Source: Promethearchaeota archaeon (GTDB taxonomy: Archaea; Asgardarchaeota; Lokiarchaeia; Sigyniarchaeales; SOKP01). From it: a stretch of 64,000 nucleotides of DNA. The stretch covers positions 28,117-92,116 of the forward strand of contig SHMW01000009.1 in assembly GCA_008080735.1 (NCBI GenBank). The letters are read 5' to 3'. Below the pieces are notes generated by a model. The model saw only the letters and a program-made list of their open reading frames with translations. It was not told where the DNA came from and ran no database searches. A program made the position numbers and the translations under genes. This document shows, one piece after another, positions 9,930 through 20,265 of the stretch; the first letter of the stretch is position 1; the number at the start of each line of letters is the position of its first letter.

Positions 9930-10264
9930 TTTTCCCTAACCACTGTTAATCTTATTCTTATCATAATAATACAAATGCGAATTTATAAAATTTGATTAAT
10001 TTGATTAAGATTCCCTCAATATCAAATATTTAAAAAATCGCCTCTACTTATCAAATATAGCATTAAATGACGCAATTTATTATATAAAAGAATTTCAATC
10101 AAATGCAGCTAATTCTGGCGGAGAAAAAAGTGTTTAAATATTAGCATGATATGTTCCTTTTAGAGGCCTAAGATATTAATTAAATTATAGAAAACTTGCA
10201 GAGACTTTATATTTAAAATACTTAATAATTTATAATCTATAATCCTTAAGAAAGAGGGAGAGAA

Positions 10265-10462
10265 TTGGATAATAGAATTGAGCAGAGGATAATGGAATTA
10301 CAGCGTGCCATCGAGATTTTGGAAGATCATCTCAATAAATTTGGCTCAAACATAAATTCAGACCAAGTATCGTTCATTCGAGATAAGCTTGAATTATATA
10401 AGCGTGAAATAAAAATTCGGAAAGATTTTCCAGTCCATTTGGCAAGATATTCGAAAATATGA
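10265..10462 (+). CDS. small helical hairpin hypothetical protein
   Basis: 65 aa, TTG start preceded by purine-rich GAGGGAG. Confidence 0.65.
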   Translation: MDNRIEQRIMELQRAIEILEDHLNKFGSNINSDQVSFIRDKLELYKREIKIRKDFPVHLARYSKI

Positions 10463-11218
10463 ATCTGTTTTATTTGTAAATAATAAAAATCAAGTTAACT
10501 GATATTCTAACGAATTAGTTTACATGAGTGTATTTTGTTTTATTTTTTTATCATCCAATTAATATAAAGGATTTATATTGAACTTTAACTAGATAGTTAA
10601 AATAGAAATAGACAATCACATACATTCGAAATTGCGTGAGGTAGAAATATTATAATTTAGTAATTGTTGGAATTTGAGAATTATTTTAGACAAATGTATT
10701 CTTAAGTTGATATGCAAAAATAATTTCTTCCTTTCATAGGCAGCCTTGATAGCTTTTATTTCTGGATGCTATGGAAAAATAGAGAAAAAAATATGCTACC
10801 TTATATATTCAAATTGTTTTTGCCAAATACAATTTAAGCAAAATACAATATTACACTTAAAGATTGAATATACTTTGAAAATTTTTATGGGATGGCCATT
10901 TTTATTCCATAGTATTGCATAGAGTCCCCGACAAATTATGTCTACGGACATCTTTAAAAATGTCTTCGCAAATAGTCAAGAAAATTGACTCTGATTTATA
11001 TATCAATTTTAAAATAAACTAAGCAGAAATAAGATAAGTTGGAATCTCTAAGACGAATATTCAAAGAATAAATTACGTAAGCTACTTAGAAATGGAAATA
11101 AAACATTTCATTAGTCATAGGGTTTACAATTATTATTATTAAGGTGTTAATAAGGATATTAACTCATTAATAACTGCCTAATAATTCAATATGACCGAAT
11201 AGAACAAGTTTTGAGGTA

Positions 11219-11782
11219 TTAGATGTGCTTGGTCTCTTGAGTTGCTATACCAGATCTCTGCAATAATAATCGTGTAATCGTCTCGAATATTTTTTCGACA
11301 TTTTTTCCCGTCTTCGCAGAGCATTCCATATATTCATACAGATTCTGGCTTCTTACTACCGCCTCCGCTTGTTCACGAGACACAGACCGTTTATACTCAA
11401 GATCTAATTTTCCTCCCACCATTAGGACTGGTAACGTATTACCAGATTGTTTCAAATGATAACCATCCCTGAAAATATTAAGCCAATCTTCGAAATTTTT
11501 CAGACTTGTGTATCGAGTGATGTCAAACATAAAGATTCCTCCAGATGAACCCGCAACATAGCTTGGAAGTAAGAACCGAAATCTATCTTCACCAGCAAAA
11601 TCCCAGATTTGCAGTGAAACTTTTTTCCCGTACATTGTTAGTTTCTTTACATAAAAATCTACCCCGATTGTCATCGTTGTGGAAGTATCAAAAATACCAG
11701 TGAGAAATCTCTTCACTAGAGTTGTCTTTCCTACTCCTCCATCTCCAAAGATTACAATTTTGAAAAGCGCATCGCTAGGAAT
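11219..11782 (-). CDS. Rab-like small GTPase
   Basis: G1 GDGGVGKT lies upstream of the track start; TIGVDF, WDFAG, GKLD and CSAK; probable ATT start at 11782 behind AGGAGG. Confidence 0.9.
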   Translation of the reverse strand: MPSDALFKIVIFGDGGVGKTTLVKRFLTGIFDTSTTMTIGVDFYVKKLTMYGKKVSLQIWDFAGEDRFRFLLPSYVAGSSGGIFMFDITRYTSLKNFEDWLNIFRDGYHLKQSGNTLPVLMVGGKLDLEYKRSVSREQAEAVVRSQNLYEYMECSAKTGKNVEKIFETITRLLLQRSGIATQETKHI

Positions 11783-12264
11783 GATATATTCCTCCTTTTT
11801 GAAATTCTAATTGAGAGTTGAATACCCATGAATCGAAAACCCAAGTTTGAAAATATGACATTACAAATTTCTCTTACTATTTCAATTTTTTCATAGATAA
11901 AGCTTTGAAAGGTAAACTATATTCTTAATCAAATCTACCCAACTTTACAATATTATAAATATAATAAAACAAGCTGTTAAAAAAAATTTGTATTTTCACA
12001 AAAACCCTATGAAAACTGGAATTTTTTTCTTAGAAATACCTAATTTTTTAAAAAAAATAAGATATATTACTAATATAGTTTTACATTTTTGTTTGGAATA
12101 TTGATTCAAGTTGTTAGAGCAGATTAATTAGAGATAGATTTATACATTTTGATTAGGGAATACATAATTTTAAAATCTCTATACTTACATATTGAGAATC
12201 AAAAAATAGAAAAAGTTGAACAAGGAATTATATATACTAAATAAAACCTCAAAGACTGAAGAAA

Positions 12265-13434
12265 ATGAGCAAAAATAAAACAATAGTATCTATTGTTAAT
12301 ATTGAAGGTTTCCCCACAACTGAGGAAGCAATAATCCATGCTATAGAGCTTATCGAATCTGACTTTCATTTTAATCTAAATAGCGCAAAGCAGATTCTAT
12401 TAAAACCAAATCTTTTGATAGGAAAAAAGGACGCATGCACGCAGCCTAGATTTGTTAAAGGAGTAATTAAATATTTGCAAAAGAAAGAGGTCCAGATCAA
12501 AAATATTTTTATAGGGGATAGCCCAGGACAATTCAAAAAAAATGCTATTGATATCGCGAAAAAAGTAGGAATTTACGAAATCTGTAATAACTCCGGGGTA
12601 GTTTTCAAGGAATTCGAAAATGAAATCCCTTATCATGAAAAAATAGAAGACGGAGAGAAATTGACAGATTATTATGTATCAAAACCGATCAAAGATTCTG
12701 ATATTATTATCAATTTACCCAAACTAAAGACGCATGGAGAAGCTACTATGACAGGTGCGATAAAGAATTATTGGGGAATAATTCCAGGTGGTCTAAAGGC
12801 AAAATACCATCTCTTGGGAAAAACACCATATGAGTTTGGGAAATGTATCGCAGATAATTTTTCTTGGGTTTATCATAACAAACTCAATCGCATCATCGTA
12901 TATGATCTCCAAAAAATAATGCAAGGAACTATGGGACCTGTATCAGGCAAAATGGTAGAATGGAATTTGGTAATGGCGGGTACAGACGAATTAGCATTAG
13001 ATACAATCGCCTTAGAGCTCGGCGAAGTTGATCCAGACTTGATTCCTCATTTAAAGGAGGCAAAAAAAAGAGAGTTGGGAGTTAGTGAGCTTGAAAAAAT
13101 CGAGATAGTGGGAATGTCACTCAAAGAGGCTAAAAAAAAGACTCCAAAATTTAAAATTCCTGGAAAGCGCATGCTAAAGATAGGTTCCTATATAACAAGT
13201 AGGATTGTGTATAAAGTTACTAAGAAGATTCCGATCTTAAACAAGAATAAATGCGTAGGCTGTCAAGAGTGCGCCCAAATTTGCCCCGCAGATGCGATTG
13301 AATTCAATAATTCAAGATATCCCGAATTTCAGAGAGAAAAATGTATCTCATGTTTATGTTGTTCAGAATTATGTAGTCAACAAGCAATCGAGACAAAAAG
13401 GCGAGGAATTAAGGGATTATTCAAGGGATATTAA
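12265..13434 (+). CDS. DUF362 domain protein with C-terminal 2x[4Fe-4S] ferredoxin
   Basis: LLKPN, NLPKLKTH and TGAIKN; two CxxCxxCxxxC motifs. Confidence 0.88.
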   Translation: MSKNKTIVSIVNIEGFPTTEEAIIHAIELIESDFHFNLNSAKQILLKPNLLIGKKDACTQPRFVKGVIKYLQKKEVQIKNIFIGDSPGQFKKNAIDIAKKVGIYEICNNSGVVFKEFENEIPYHEKIEDGEKLTDYYVSKPIKDSDIIINLPKLKTHGEATMTGAIKNYWGIIPGGLKAKYHLLGKTPYEFGKCIADNFSWVYHNKLNRIIVYDLQKIMQGTMGPVSGKMVEWNLVMAGTDELALDTIALELGEVDPDLIPHLKEAKKRELGVSELEKIEIVGMSLKEAKKKTPKFKIPGKRMLKIGSYITSRIVYKVTKKIPILNKNKCVGCQECAQICPADAIEFNNSRYPEFQREKCISCLCCSELCSQQAIETKRRGIKGLFKGY

Positions 13435-13443
13435 TTCCCCATT

Positions 13444-14841
13444 TCAAACTGAATCAATCTTATTTATACGGTTTTTATACGCGTTCAAAAAGAAATGATA
13501 ACCTAACCGCGCATTCAAAATAGAATTTAATTTTACAAATTCATTCGCAGCGTGAGCATTTCCTCCAATTCCGAGTCCCCCCGTGATATAATTCATACCG
13601 AATTGATTTTGCATTATATTTAACGGAGAAGCTGCCGCACTAATAGGCCAAATTTCTGTAGATATATTTAATTTTGTGAATGCTTCCTCAAGACTCTGTA
13701 CTAAGGTTGATTTTTTCGGGACTTTTGAACTTCCATACCCCATATTTTTAGTGATTCTGACATTTGAGTGTAGTTTATTTTTATATTTCTTTACTTTTTC
13801 TTGCAGTTGATGAAATAATGTATCAATAGAAATGTTGTGAGCAAATCTGATATCGATATTACATGAAGATCTATTAGGAACAGAATTTTTAAATCCTGAG
13901 TTTAAATAACCCGATTTAAGTGTTGATATATTGAAAGTGGGTTCAAATAGATATTGATTAAAAAATTCATCCGGTTCAGTGTTAATTGAATTTATTATTC
14001 CCGCTTTTTTTTCAATATTTTTAATAGATTGTTTATAGGTAAGATCTTTAAGAAGTTGTCTATCTTCTGTTGATACCTCGTATTTTTTTGAAAGAATTGG
14101 GAGCGAGATTACATCATCTGGAAGGAGATAATTAATCAATCGTATAAGATCGTAAGCAGGATTCGGGACATTATTTGCATATGAAGAATGCACCTCTTCA
14201 TTATCACTGAATATCTCTATCGTGAACGATAGAATCCCTTTATAGCCCAACTTGAGAACGGCATCTCCATTGAGATTTTGTTTTAGCGCTGGATAATATG
14301 CATCCTTACACTTTCGTATATGAGTTAAATTGTTTTGAATGAATTTAGCAAACGAAGGAGAACCCATTTCTTCCTCTCCATCGAATATTAGATAAAGCGA
14401 TAGAGGTAATTGATTCATTGATTTTAAAATTTTTACTACATTTAAAAAGGCGATTAACGGAGTTTTAGAATTATAGGCCCCTCGGGCAAAAATACATTCA
14501 CCTAACTCTGACAAAGAAGGATTTATTTTTATTTTCGCTTTAGAAGGAGGTGAAATCCATTTATTTCCATTTTTTATTGGTTGGGTATCATACATCATGT
14601 ATATTAATAGATACTTTTCCGAGTCCCCTCTTACGTGTGAGAGAATTATGGGATTAATCTCACCTTGGAATTCTATTATTTCCTCTGAAATATCTTCGAT
14701 GTATGATTTGATATAGGTTATAGCTTCATTTATTCCCTTTTTATTGGCTGTATTACTTTGAATTCGTAAGAAAGGAATCAATTCATTTCGAATGAATTCA
14801 TTGTCTGTTCGATTAATTTGTTTCACAATATCATCTTGCAT
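13444..14841 (-). CDS. M20 family metallopeptidase/deacylase
   Basis: YDTQP, ARGA, GEEEMGS, GYKG and HAANE. Confidence 0.85.
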   Translation of the reverse strand: MQDDIVKQINRTDNEFIRNELIPFLRIQSNTANKKGINEAITYIKSYIEDISEEIIEFQGEINPIILSHVRGDSEKYLLIYMMYDTQPIKNGNKWISPPSKAKIKINPSLSELGECIFARGAYNSKTPLIAFLNVVKILKSMNQLPLSLYLIFDGEEEMGSPSFAKFIQNNLTHIRKCKDAYYPALKQNLNGDAVLKLGYKGILSFTIEIFSDNEEVHSSYANNVPNPAYDLIRLINYLLPDDVISLPILSKKYEVSTEDRQLLKDLTYKQSIKNIEKKAGIINSINTEPDEFFNQYLFEPTFNISTLKSGYLNSGFKNSVPNRSSCNIDIRFAHNISIDTLFHQLQEKVKKYKNKLHSNVRITKNMGYGSSKVPKKSTLVQSLEEAFTKLNISTEIWPISAAASPLNIMQNQFGMNYITGGLGIGGNAHAANEFVKLNSILNARLGYHFFLNAYKNRINKIDSV

Positions 14842-14901
14842 ATCAAAAATCACTTAAATTATTATAAAATTAAATTGATATTAATTCTTCTAGTTAATTA
14901 T

Positions 14902-15291
14902 ATGGATAATCCAAACCCTACAGATATTCCGAAAATTAGCAAATTGAATGAAATAATTGATGATATAAAGGTGCAAGGGGATCTCTCGGGGGTGATCCTT
15001 GCTTATAAAGATGGAAGATTGATTGTCGAAAATACAGAAGGAACATATAATTTTGATGAGTTTATTCCTCTTATCGCTTCAGCATTACGTAGTGCAGAAG
15101 ATATTGGTGATTGTGTGAGCGGTAGGAAGGTTAAGAAGATAATTGCCCAATTAGAAGATATTTCTATAATGATCTTAAAGACTAAAATTAAAAGTGCTTT
15201 CTTAGCGCTTATTATTAATGAGGAATCTTGTGTAGGCTCTGTGTTGGAGAATTTTGATACTTTATCAAAGCAAATAGAAGAAAATATATAG
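14902..15291 (+). CDS. roadblock/LC7 domain protein (divergent)
   Basis: GVILAYKDGRLI helix-strand pattern; ATG at 14902 chosen. Confidence 0.7.
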   Translation: MDNPNPTDIPKISKLNEIIDDIKVQGDLSGVILAYKDGRLIVENTEGTYNFDEFIPLIASALRSAEDIGDCVSGRKVKKIIAQLEDISIMILKTKIKSAFLALIINEESCVGSVLENFDTLSKQIEENI

Positions 15292-15375
15292 AATTCAACC
15301 ATTGTATTCTATAAAACGATTTAGCTAGATAAATCTATAAATATATTTAGTAATTTCAAACTCAAGGTAATTTAG

Positions 15376-16254
15376 ATGAATAGAGCATATATGAAGAATG
15401 AAACTTTTGATGGAACTTATCCATTCAAACCGCATTTTGAGAAAATTAATGGATTTAATATGCATTATGCAGATGAGGGAACGGGGGAGCCTATAGTATG
15501 TTTACATGGTGAGCCTACTTGGTCTTATTTATACAGAAATTTTATCAAAGAGCTTTCAAAAGCAAATCGAGTAATCGCTCCTGATCAAATGGGTTTCGGA
15601 AAGAGCGATGTACCACAAGATAAAGAATATTTAATGAAAGAACATGTTGAAAATTTCACGCAATTACTACTTAGATTGGATCTAGAGAATATCACATTAG
15701 TAATACAAGATTGGGGAGGTCCAATTGGGTTAGGATTCGCAGTCGATCATGCGGAGCGAATTAAACGCTTAGTGATTATGAATACCTCAGTTGGGATAAT
15801 GAATGAGGATAGGAAACCGTGGTACGCAATATTGGAAGAGAAAGGGATTTATAAACAATTTATCATGAATATCGAAGGTTTAATTAAGGGAGGAATTTAT
15901 CAGAAGGATAATATTACCGAATCAATGATTAATGCATACACAGCACCCTTTCCGAGTGAAGAATATTATATCGGGGCATTCGCCTGGCCTAAAGATATTC
16001 CCGTGGGTGATTCTCATCCAAGCGCACCAATTATGTCACATGTAAGAAATAATTTGGATAAGCTTTTGGAAAAGGATAAGATTTTAATATGGGGCATGAA
16101 GGACCCTATATTTCCTGAGAAAACGATTGAATGGTGGCATAAGATTTATCCAGAAATAAAAACCTTTCAAATTCAATATGCCTCACATTTTCTTCAAGAG
16201 GATGCTCCTCTTGAGATTATCAGAATAATTAAAAAATTTTTAGGGGAAACTTAG
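15376..16254 (+). CDS. haloalkane dehalogenase-like alpha/beta hydrolase
   Basis: HGEPTWSYLYR, APDQMGFGKSD, QDWGG and HFLQED. Confidence 0.88.
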   Translation: MNRAYMKNETFDGTYPFKPHFEKINGFNMHYADEGTGEPIVCLHGEPTWSYLYRNFIKELSKANRVIAPDQMGFGKSDVPQDKEYLMKEHVENFTQLLLRLDLENITLVIQDWGGPIGLGFAVDHAERIKRLVIMNTSVGIMNEDRKPWYAILEEKGIYKQFIMNIEGLIKGGIYQKDNITESMINAYTAPFPSEEYYIGAFAWPKDIPVGDSHPSAPIMSHVRNNLDKLLEKDKILIWGMKDPIFPEKTIEWWHKIYPEIKTFQIQYASHFLQEDAPLEIIRIIKKFLGET

Positions 16255-16258
16255 TAAA

Positions 16259-17203
16259 TTAGATAATGATCAGAATAACGCCGATAATAGTTAACATTAC
16301 ACCGATAAAACCTTTTTTCGAAATTTTTTCTTTATTTAACATATAACTTATTGGAAGCGCAAAGAGAGGATTAGCCGAAGCTATTAATGACATTACGGAA
16401 GCTCCTGCTATTCGTGCTGCTTCTGTAAAAAAATAAACTCCCATAGAGGTGCCGATTATCGAAGCGGAAATTAGCCATAACCATGTACTTTTCTTCTCTA
16501 AATTATTATCAGTTTTTTCTTTCTTTACCATAATTGACAAAAGAGCAAGCGCAAATGGAAACCTAATAACATTTCCAACTACTGAACTTAAATTTTCATT
16601 AAAAAGGATACGATTGATTTCATTTGTAGCATAATCAATCATAATTAGTCCTAATGCCCATCCAAGAGAAGCAAATATAGCGAATAGTGAAGGAATTATT
16701 TTGAAGTTTTTTGAATCGTGTTTGAAATTCTTAATTTTTTTTTTCACTCTTAATTCCTTTTCATTTATATTTAAATCAATTTTGTATTTCGAAATGATAA
16801 GTATTCCTATAGAAATTAATATGGCTGATGGAATCAAGAAGATTTCAAAAGGTCTCTCTAAGAAAAGGAGATCTAGAATAAACGTGAAAAAGGGAAAGGT
16901 CATGGAAATTGCCAGAGCTTTAGTGGTACCCAACTGTTTTTGAGATTTAAAATAAAAAGTGTCACCAATAACTTGACCGAATACAAAGCTTATGATTAAT
17001 ATTATCCATAAAGTCCAAGGAAGTGAAAAAATCGTATTAAAAATACCAAGAATCAAAGAAAATATAATAAATGTTATTAATCCGACTCCAGTTCTGAACA
17101 TATTAATAAAAATAGGTGAAACATCATCCTCAACTTTGCGAAACATAGCGTTAGATGAAACGAATGCTAAGTTTGCTAAGACGGCAATTATAACTCCGAT
17201 CAT
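16259..17203 (-). CDS. EamA/DMT family transporter
   Basis: Two 5-TM repeats; P.F...L..E motifs. Confidence 0.85.
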   Translation of the reverse strand: MIGVIIAVLANLAFVSSNAMFRKVEDDVSPIFINMFRTGVGLITFIIFSLILGIFNTIFSLPWTLWIILIISFVFGQVIGDTFYFKSQKQLGTTKALAISMTFPFFTFILDLLFLERPFEIFLIPSAILISIGILIISKYKIDLNINEKELRVKKKIKNFKHDSKNFKIIPSLFAIFASLGWALGLIMIDYATNEINRILFNENLSSVVGNVIRFPFALALLSIMVKKEKTDNNLEKKSTWLWLISASIIGTSMGVYFFTEAARIAGASVMSLIASANPLFALPISYMLNKEKISKKGFIGVMLTIIGVILIII

Positions 17204-17320
17204 CTATTTTAATAAAAACATAATTGCTTATAATTTAAATGATCCTAATAAATTCTGACGGGAATATATAATATATAGAAAGATTATCAGAAACTCTACA
17301 TCGAAGAATTAATTAATTCA

Positions 17321-17488
17321 ATGAGGTTGAGGGACGGTCAAGGTTGGGATATAGAAAGTGGAGGCACCGGACTTGGTCTTTATATTGCAAAAATGATTGT
17401 CGAATTACATGGTGGGCAAATATGGGTTAAATCTGAAGGAAGAGATAAGGGTTCAAGATTCTATTTTACACTTCCTATAAAAAGTTAG
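17321..17488 (+). pseudogene. histidine kinase HATPase_c C-terminal remnant
   Basis: Manual translation [47 protein letters not shown]; H, N and G1 boxes absent. Confidence 0.8.
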
Positions 17489-17628
17489 ATATGATGTTTT
17501 TAATTAATAAAAAATCTCTTGAAAACATATTAGGATTGTTTTAAGTAATACCCATAATGCTGGAACACCACATTTATAAAAATGAACTATCTGAAGAGAG
17601 AGATCACGAGAGAGTTTTTTATTTTGTC

Positions 17629-17793
17629 TCAGAATACTTCTACAGTCATATCTTTTTCTTCTTCCATTATAGAAGACGCTACCTTTTCATCTAGCAAGCT
17701 ATTAATGACTTCGGTAAAGGTTTTTGATACACCTTTGAACTCTCTCAATCTATTGAACGTTTCTTCATCCACATAAATATTTCGTAATGCCAT
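17629..17793 (-). CDS. VapB-like antitoxin / ribbon-helix-helix protein (54 aa)
   Basis: Manual translation MALRNIYVDEETFNRLREFKGVSKTFTEVINSLLDEK...; below the ORF-track cutoff. Confidence 0.7.
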   Translation of the reverse strand: MALRNIYVDEETFNRLREFKGVSKTFTEVINSLLDEKVASSIMEEEKDMTVEVF

Positions 17794-17993
17794 TTATAGG
17801 ACACCTATATAGACTATATATACTATATCTTTCTATTGTTGGTATATTTTATATATATTTGGAAGTATTTAAACATTAAGGTTTAAATTCACAAAACCAA
17901 GATAGGATAAATAAAAATATTTAGTAATGTAAAAGGAAATTACCAGAAATAAATAAAAAGAAATGATATAAGAGAAAGTTAAAAAAAGTGGAC

Positions 17994-19979
17994 CTATTTT
18001 GGAACTTCAACGTCCATTTTTTCGCGTTCTTCTAAGAGATCATCGACAACTGAAGGATCTGCCAATGTGGTGACGTTTCCGATATCCGTTCCAGCTGCGA
18101 TTGCTTTCAGCACGCGTCTCATGATTTTCCCACTCCTTGTCTTAGGAAGTGCATCCGCAAATTGAACAACATCTGGTTGGAACACGGGACCGATTTCCTT
18201 TCGAACATGCATCGTAATCTCTTTCCTGAGATCTTCTGTTTTTTCCACACCTTCCATTAAGGTAACATATGCCCAGATTGCGTTTCCCTTTATTTTATGT
18301 GGAAATGGTGCGACAGCAGCTTCAGCAACTTTAGGATGACTTACGATTGCTGACTCCACTTCCATCGTTCCAATTCTATGGCCCGAGACCTTAATAACAT
18401 CGTCTAAACGCCCTAAAATCCAATAATATCCATCTTCATCCCGTCGTGCGCCATCACCAGTGTAGTAATAACCATCATACCTACTTAAGTAAGTGGATTT
18501 GAAACGATCGGTATCTCCCCACACATCTCGAAGCATTCCAGGCCAAGGTTGCGCCATACAGAAGTATCCACCCTCATCCGGTTCCGTCACCTCGTTTCCT
18601 TCCACATCAAAAATTACGGGTTTAATTCCTAAGAAGGGTAAGCAACAGGATCCTGGTTTGGTCGGGGTTGCGGTTGCAATAGGAGTCATAATAAAGCCCC
18701 CAGTCTCAGTTTGCCAATATGTATCGACAATGGGGCAGCGTTCCTTTCCAATAACTCGATGATACCAAGTCCATGCTTCGGGATTTATAGGCTCTCCCAC
18801 AGTTCCCAAGACTCGTAAGGAACTTAAATCGTGTTTATTTACAGGATCTTCACCGAACCGCATTAAAGCCCGAATTGCGGTTGGAGCGGTATAAAATTGG
18901 GTCACTTTATGTCGTTCTACTATATCCCAGAATCTGTCTACGTCAGGATACGTAGGTACGCTCTCAAACATCAAGCTTGTAGCACCATTTGCCAAAGGAC
19001 CATATACAATGTAGCTATGCCCCGTAATCCAGCCTATATCCGCAGTGCAATACCATATATCACCTTCTTTATAGTTGAAGACAATTTTTTGTGTGAATGA
19101 TGTATATAATATATATCCGGCAGTCGTATGTTTTACACCTTTAGGCTTACCAGTAGTTCCGCTCGTATAAAGGATAAAAAGCGTATCTTCAGAATCCATC
19201 TCTTCGCATTTACACTCAGTATCCATACCATTAATGAACTCTCGATACCAAATATCTTTATCTGTGTGTGGAACCTCATTGCCAGTTCGTTCGACCACGA
19301 TTACATGCTCTATAGTCGGTACATCATCAATAATTTGGACGACATCACTCATTTTCGGGTACGTTTTCCCTGCGCGTAAGGTTTGATCGCATGTAAACAA
19401 TAATTTTGAATCAGAATCATCGATTCTGTCCTTCACTGCTTCTTTTGAGAATCCGCCAAAGACTATAGAATGAATCACTCCAATTCTGGAGCACGCAAGC
19501 ATAATAATAGCTAACTCTGGGATCATTGGTAGCCAGATTGTGACTCTGTCTCCTTTTTCGAGTCCGAGATTTTTCATTCCATTCGCAACCTTACAGACTT
19601 CTTCTTTAAGTTGAGTATAGGTGAATTTTCGCACTTCGCCGGGTTCATCAGCCTCCCAAATGATCGCGACTTTATCACCTTTTCCCGCTTCAATATGCCT
19701 ATCTATACAATTATAGCATACATTTAATTTTCCTCCGACAAACCACTTTCCAGGGAAAAGGTCGGTTTTTTCCCACACCTTATCGTATGGTTTAAACCAA
19801 TCAAGTGATTTGGCTTGTTCATCCCAAAATCCTTCCATATCTTCGATGGATTTCTTATAAAGGTCTTTATACTCATCAAAAGACATACCGGTTTTTGCAT
19901 ATTCTGGATTTAATTTAACCGGATCGAAGACTCTCTTCTCGGAAAGGATGCTTTCCATTTTTTCTTCTTTTTCAGACAT
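17994..19979 (-). CDS. acs: AMP-forming acetyl-CoA synthetase
   Basis: YTSGTTGKPKG, DTYWQTETGG, GRLDDV and PKTRSGKIMRR. Confidence 0.96.
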   Translation of the reverse strand: MSEKEEKMESILSEKRVFDPVKLNPEYAKTGMSFDEYKDLYKKSIEDMEGFWDEQAKSLDWFKPYDKVWEKTDLFPGKWFVGGKLNVCYNCIDRHIEAGKGDKVAIIWEADEPGEVRKFTYTQLKEEVCKVANGMKNLGLEKGDRVTIWLPMIPELAIIMLACSRIGVIHSIVFGGFSKEAVKDRIDDSDSKLLFTCDQTLRAGKTYPKMSDVVQIIDDVPTIEHVIVVERTGNEVPHTDKDIWYREFINGMDTECKCEEMDSEDTLFILYTSGTTGKPKGVKHTTAGYILYTSFTQKIVFNYKEGDIWYCTADIGWITGHSYIVYGPLANGATSLMFESVPTYPDVDRFWDIVERHKVTQFYTAPTAIRALMRFGEDPVNKHDLSSLRVLGTVGEPINPEAWTWYHRVIGKERCPIVDTYWQTETGGFIMTPIATATPTKPGSCCLPFLGIKPVIFDVEGNEVTEPDEGGYFCMAQPWPGMLRDVWGDTDRFKSTYLSRYDGYYYTGDGARRDEDGYYWILGRLDDVIKVSGHRIGTMEVESAIVSHPKVAEAAVAPFPHKIKGNAIWAYVTLMEGVEKTEDLRKEITMHVRKEIGPVFQPDVVQFADALPKTRSGKIMRRVLKAIAAGTDIGNVTTLADPSVVDDLLEEREKMDVEVPK

Positions 19980-20036
19980 TTTCTTTACAACATTATAGTA
20001 AAATTATAATTGGGTTTAATGAAAAACAAAATATTC

Positions 20037-20057
20037 TGACAAATAATAAATTTGTCA
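20037..20057. promoter_or_regulatory. palindromic operator candidate TGACAAAT-N5-ATTTGTCA
   Basis: Perfect 8-bp inverted repeat about 58 bp upstream of acs, in a divergent intergenic region. Confidence 0.45.
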
Positions 20058-20265
20058 AGGAAAGTTTTTATGAAATCATTAGTTTATATTATAGGATCCG
20101 AACATCATCTTGATAGAATCGTAAATTGGGATTTGATTTCACTTCATAAAAAATTAAGAGTTTAAATTCTCTACAAGAAAACTCTGATTTTAAAGAGGAT
20201 CTCTAGATAAAATATATTAAAGCAACAGAAGATAATATACTCATTAATCATATTAATCATAAACT

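Noticed and set aside
10463-11218. Long intergenic region with weak hairpins (about 10938-10970) and short ORFs
   Set aside because: Nothing beyond what chance would give in AT-rich DNA.
17582-17776. Plus-strand 64-aa ORF
   Set aside because: It is the shadow of the VapB-like gene on the minus strand.
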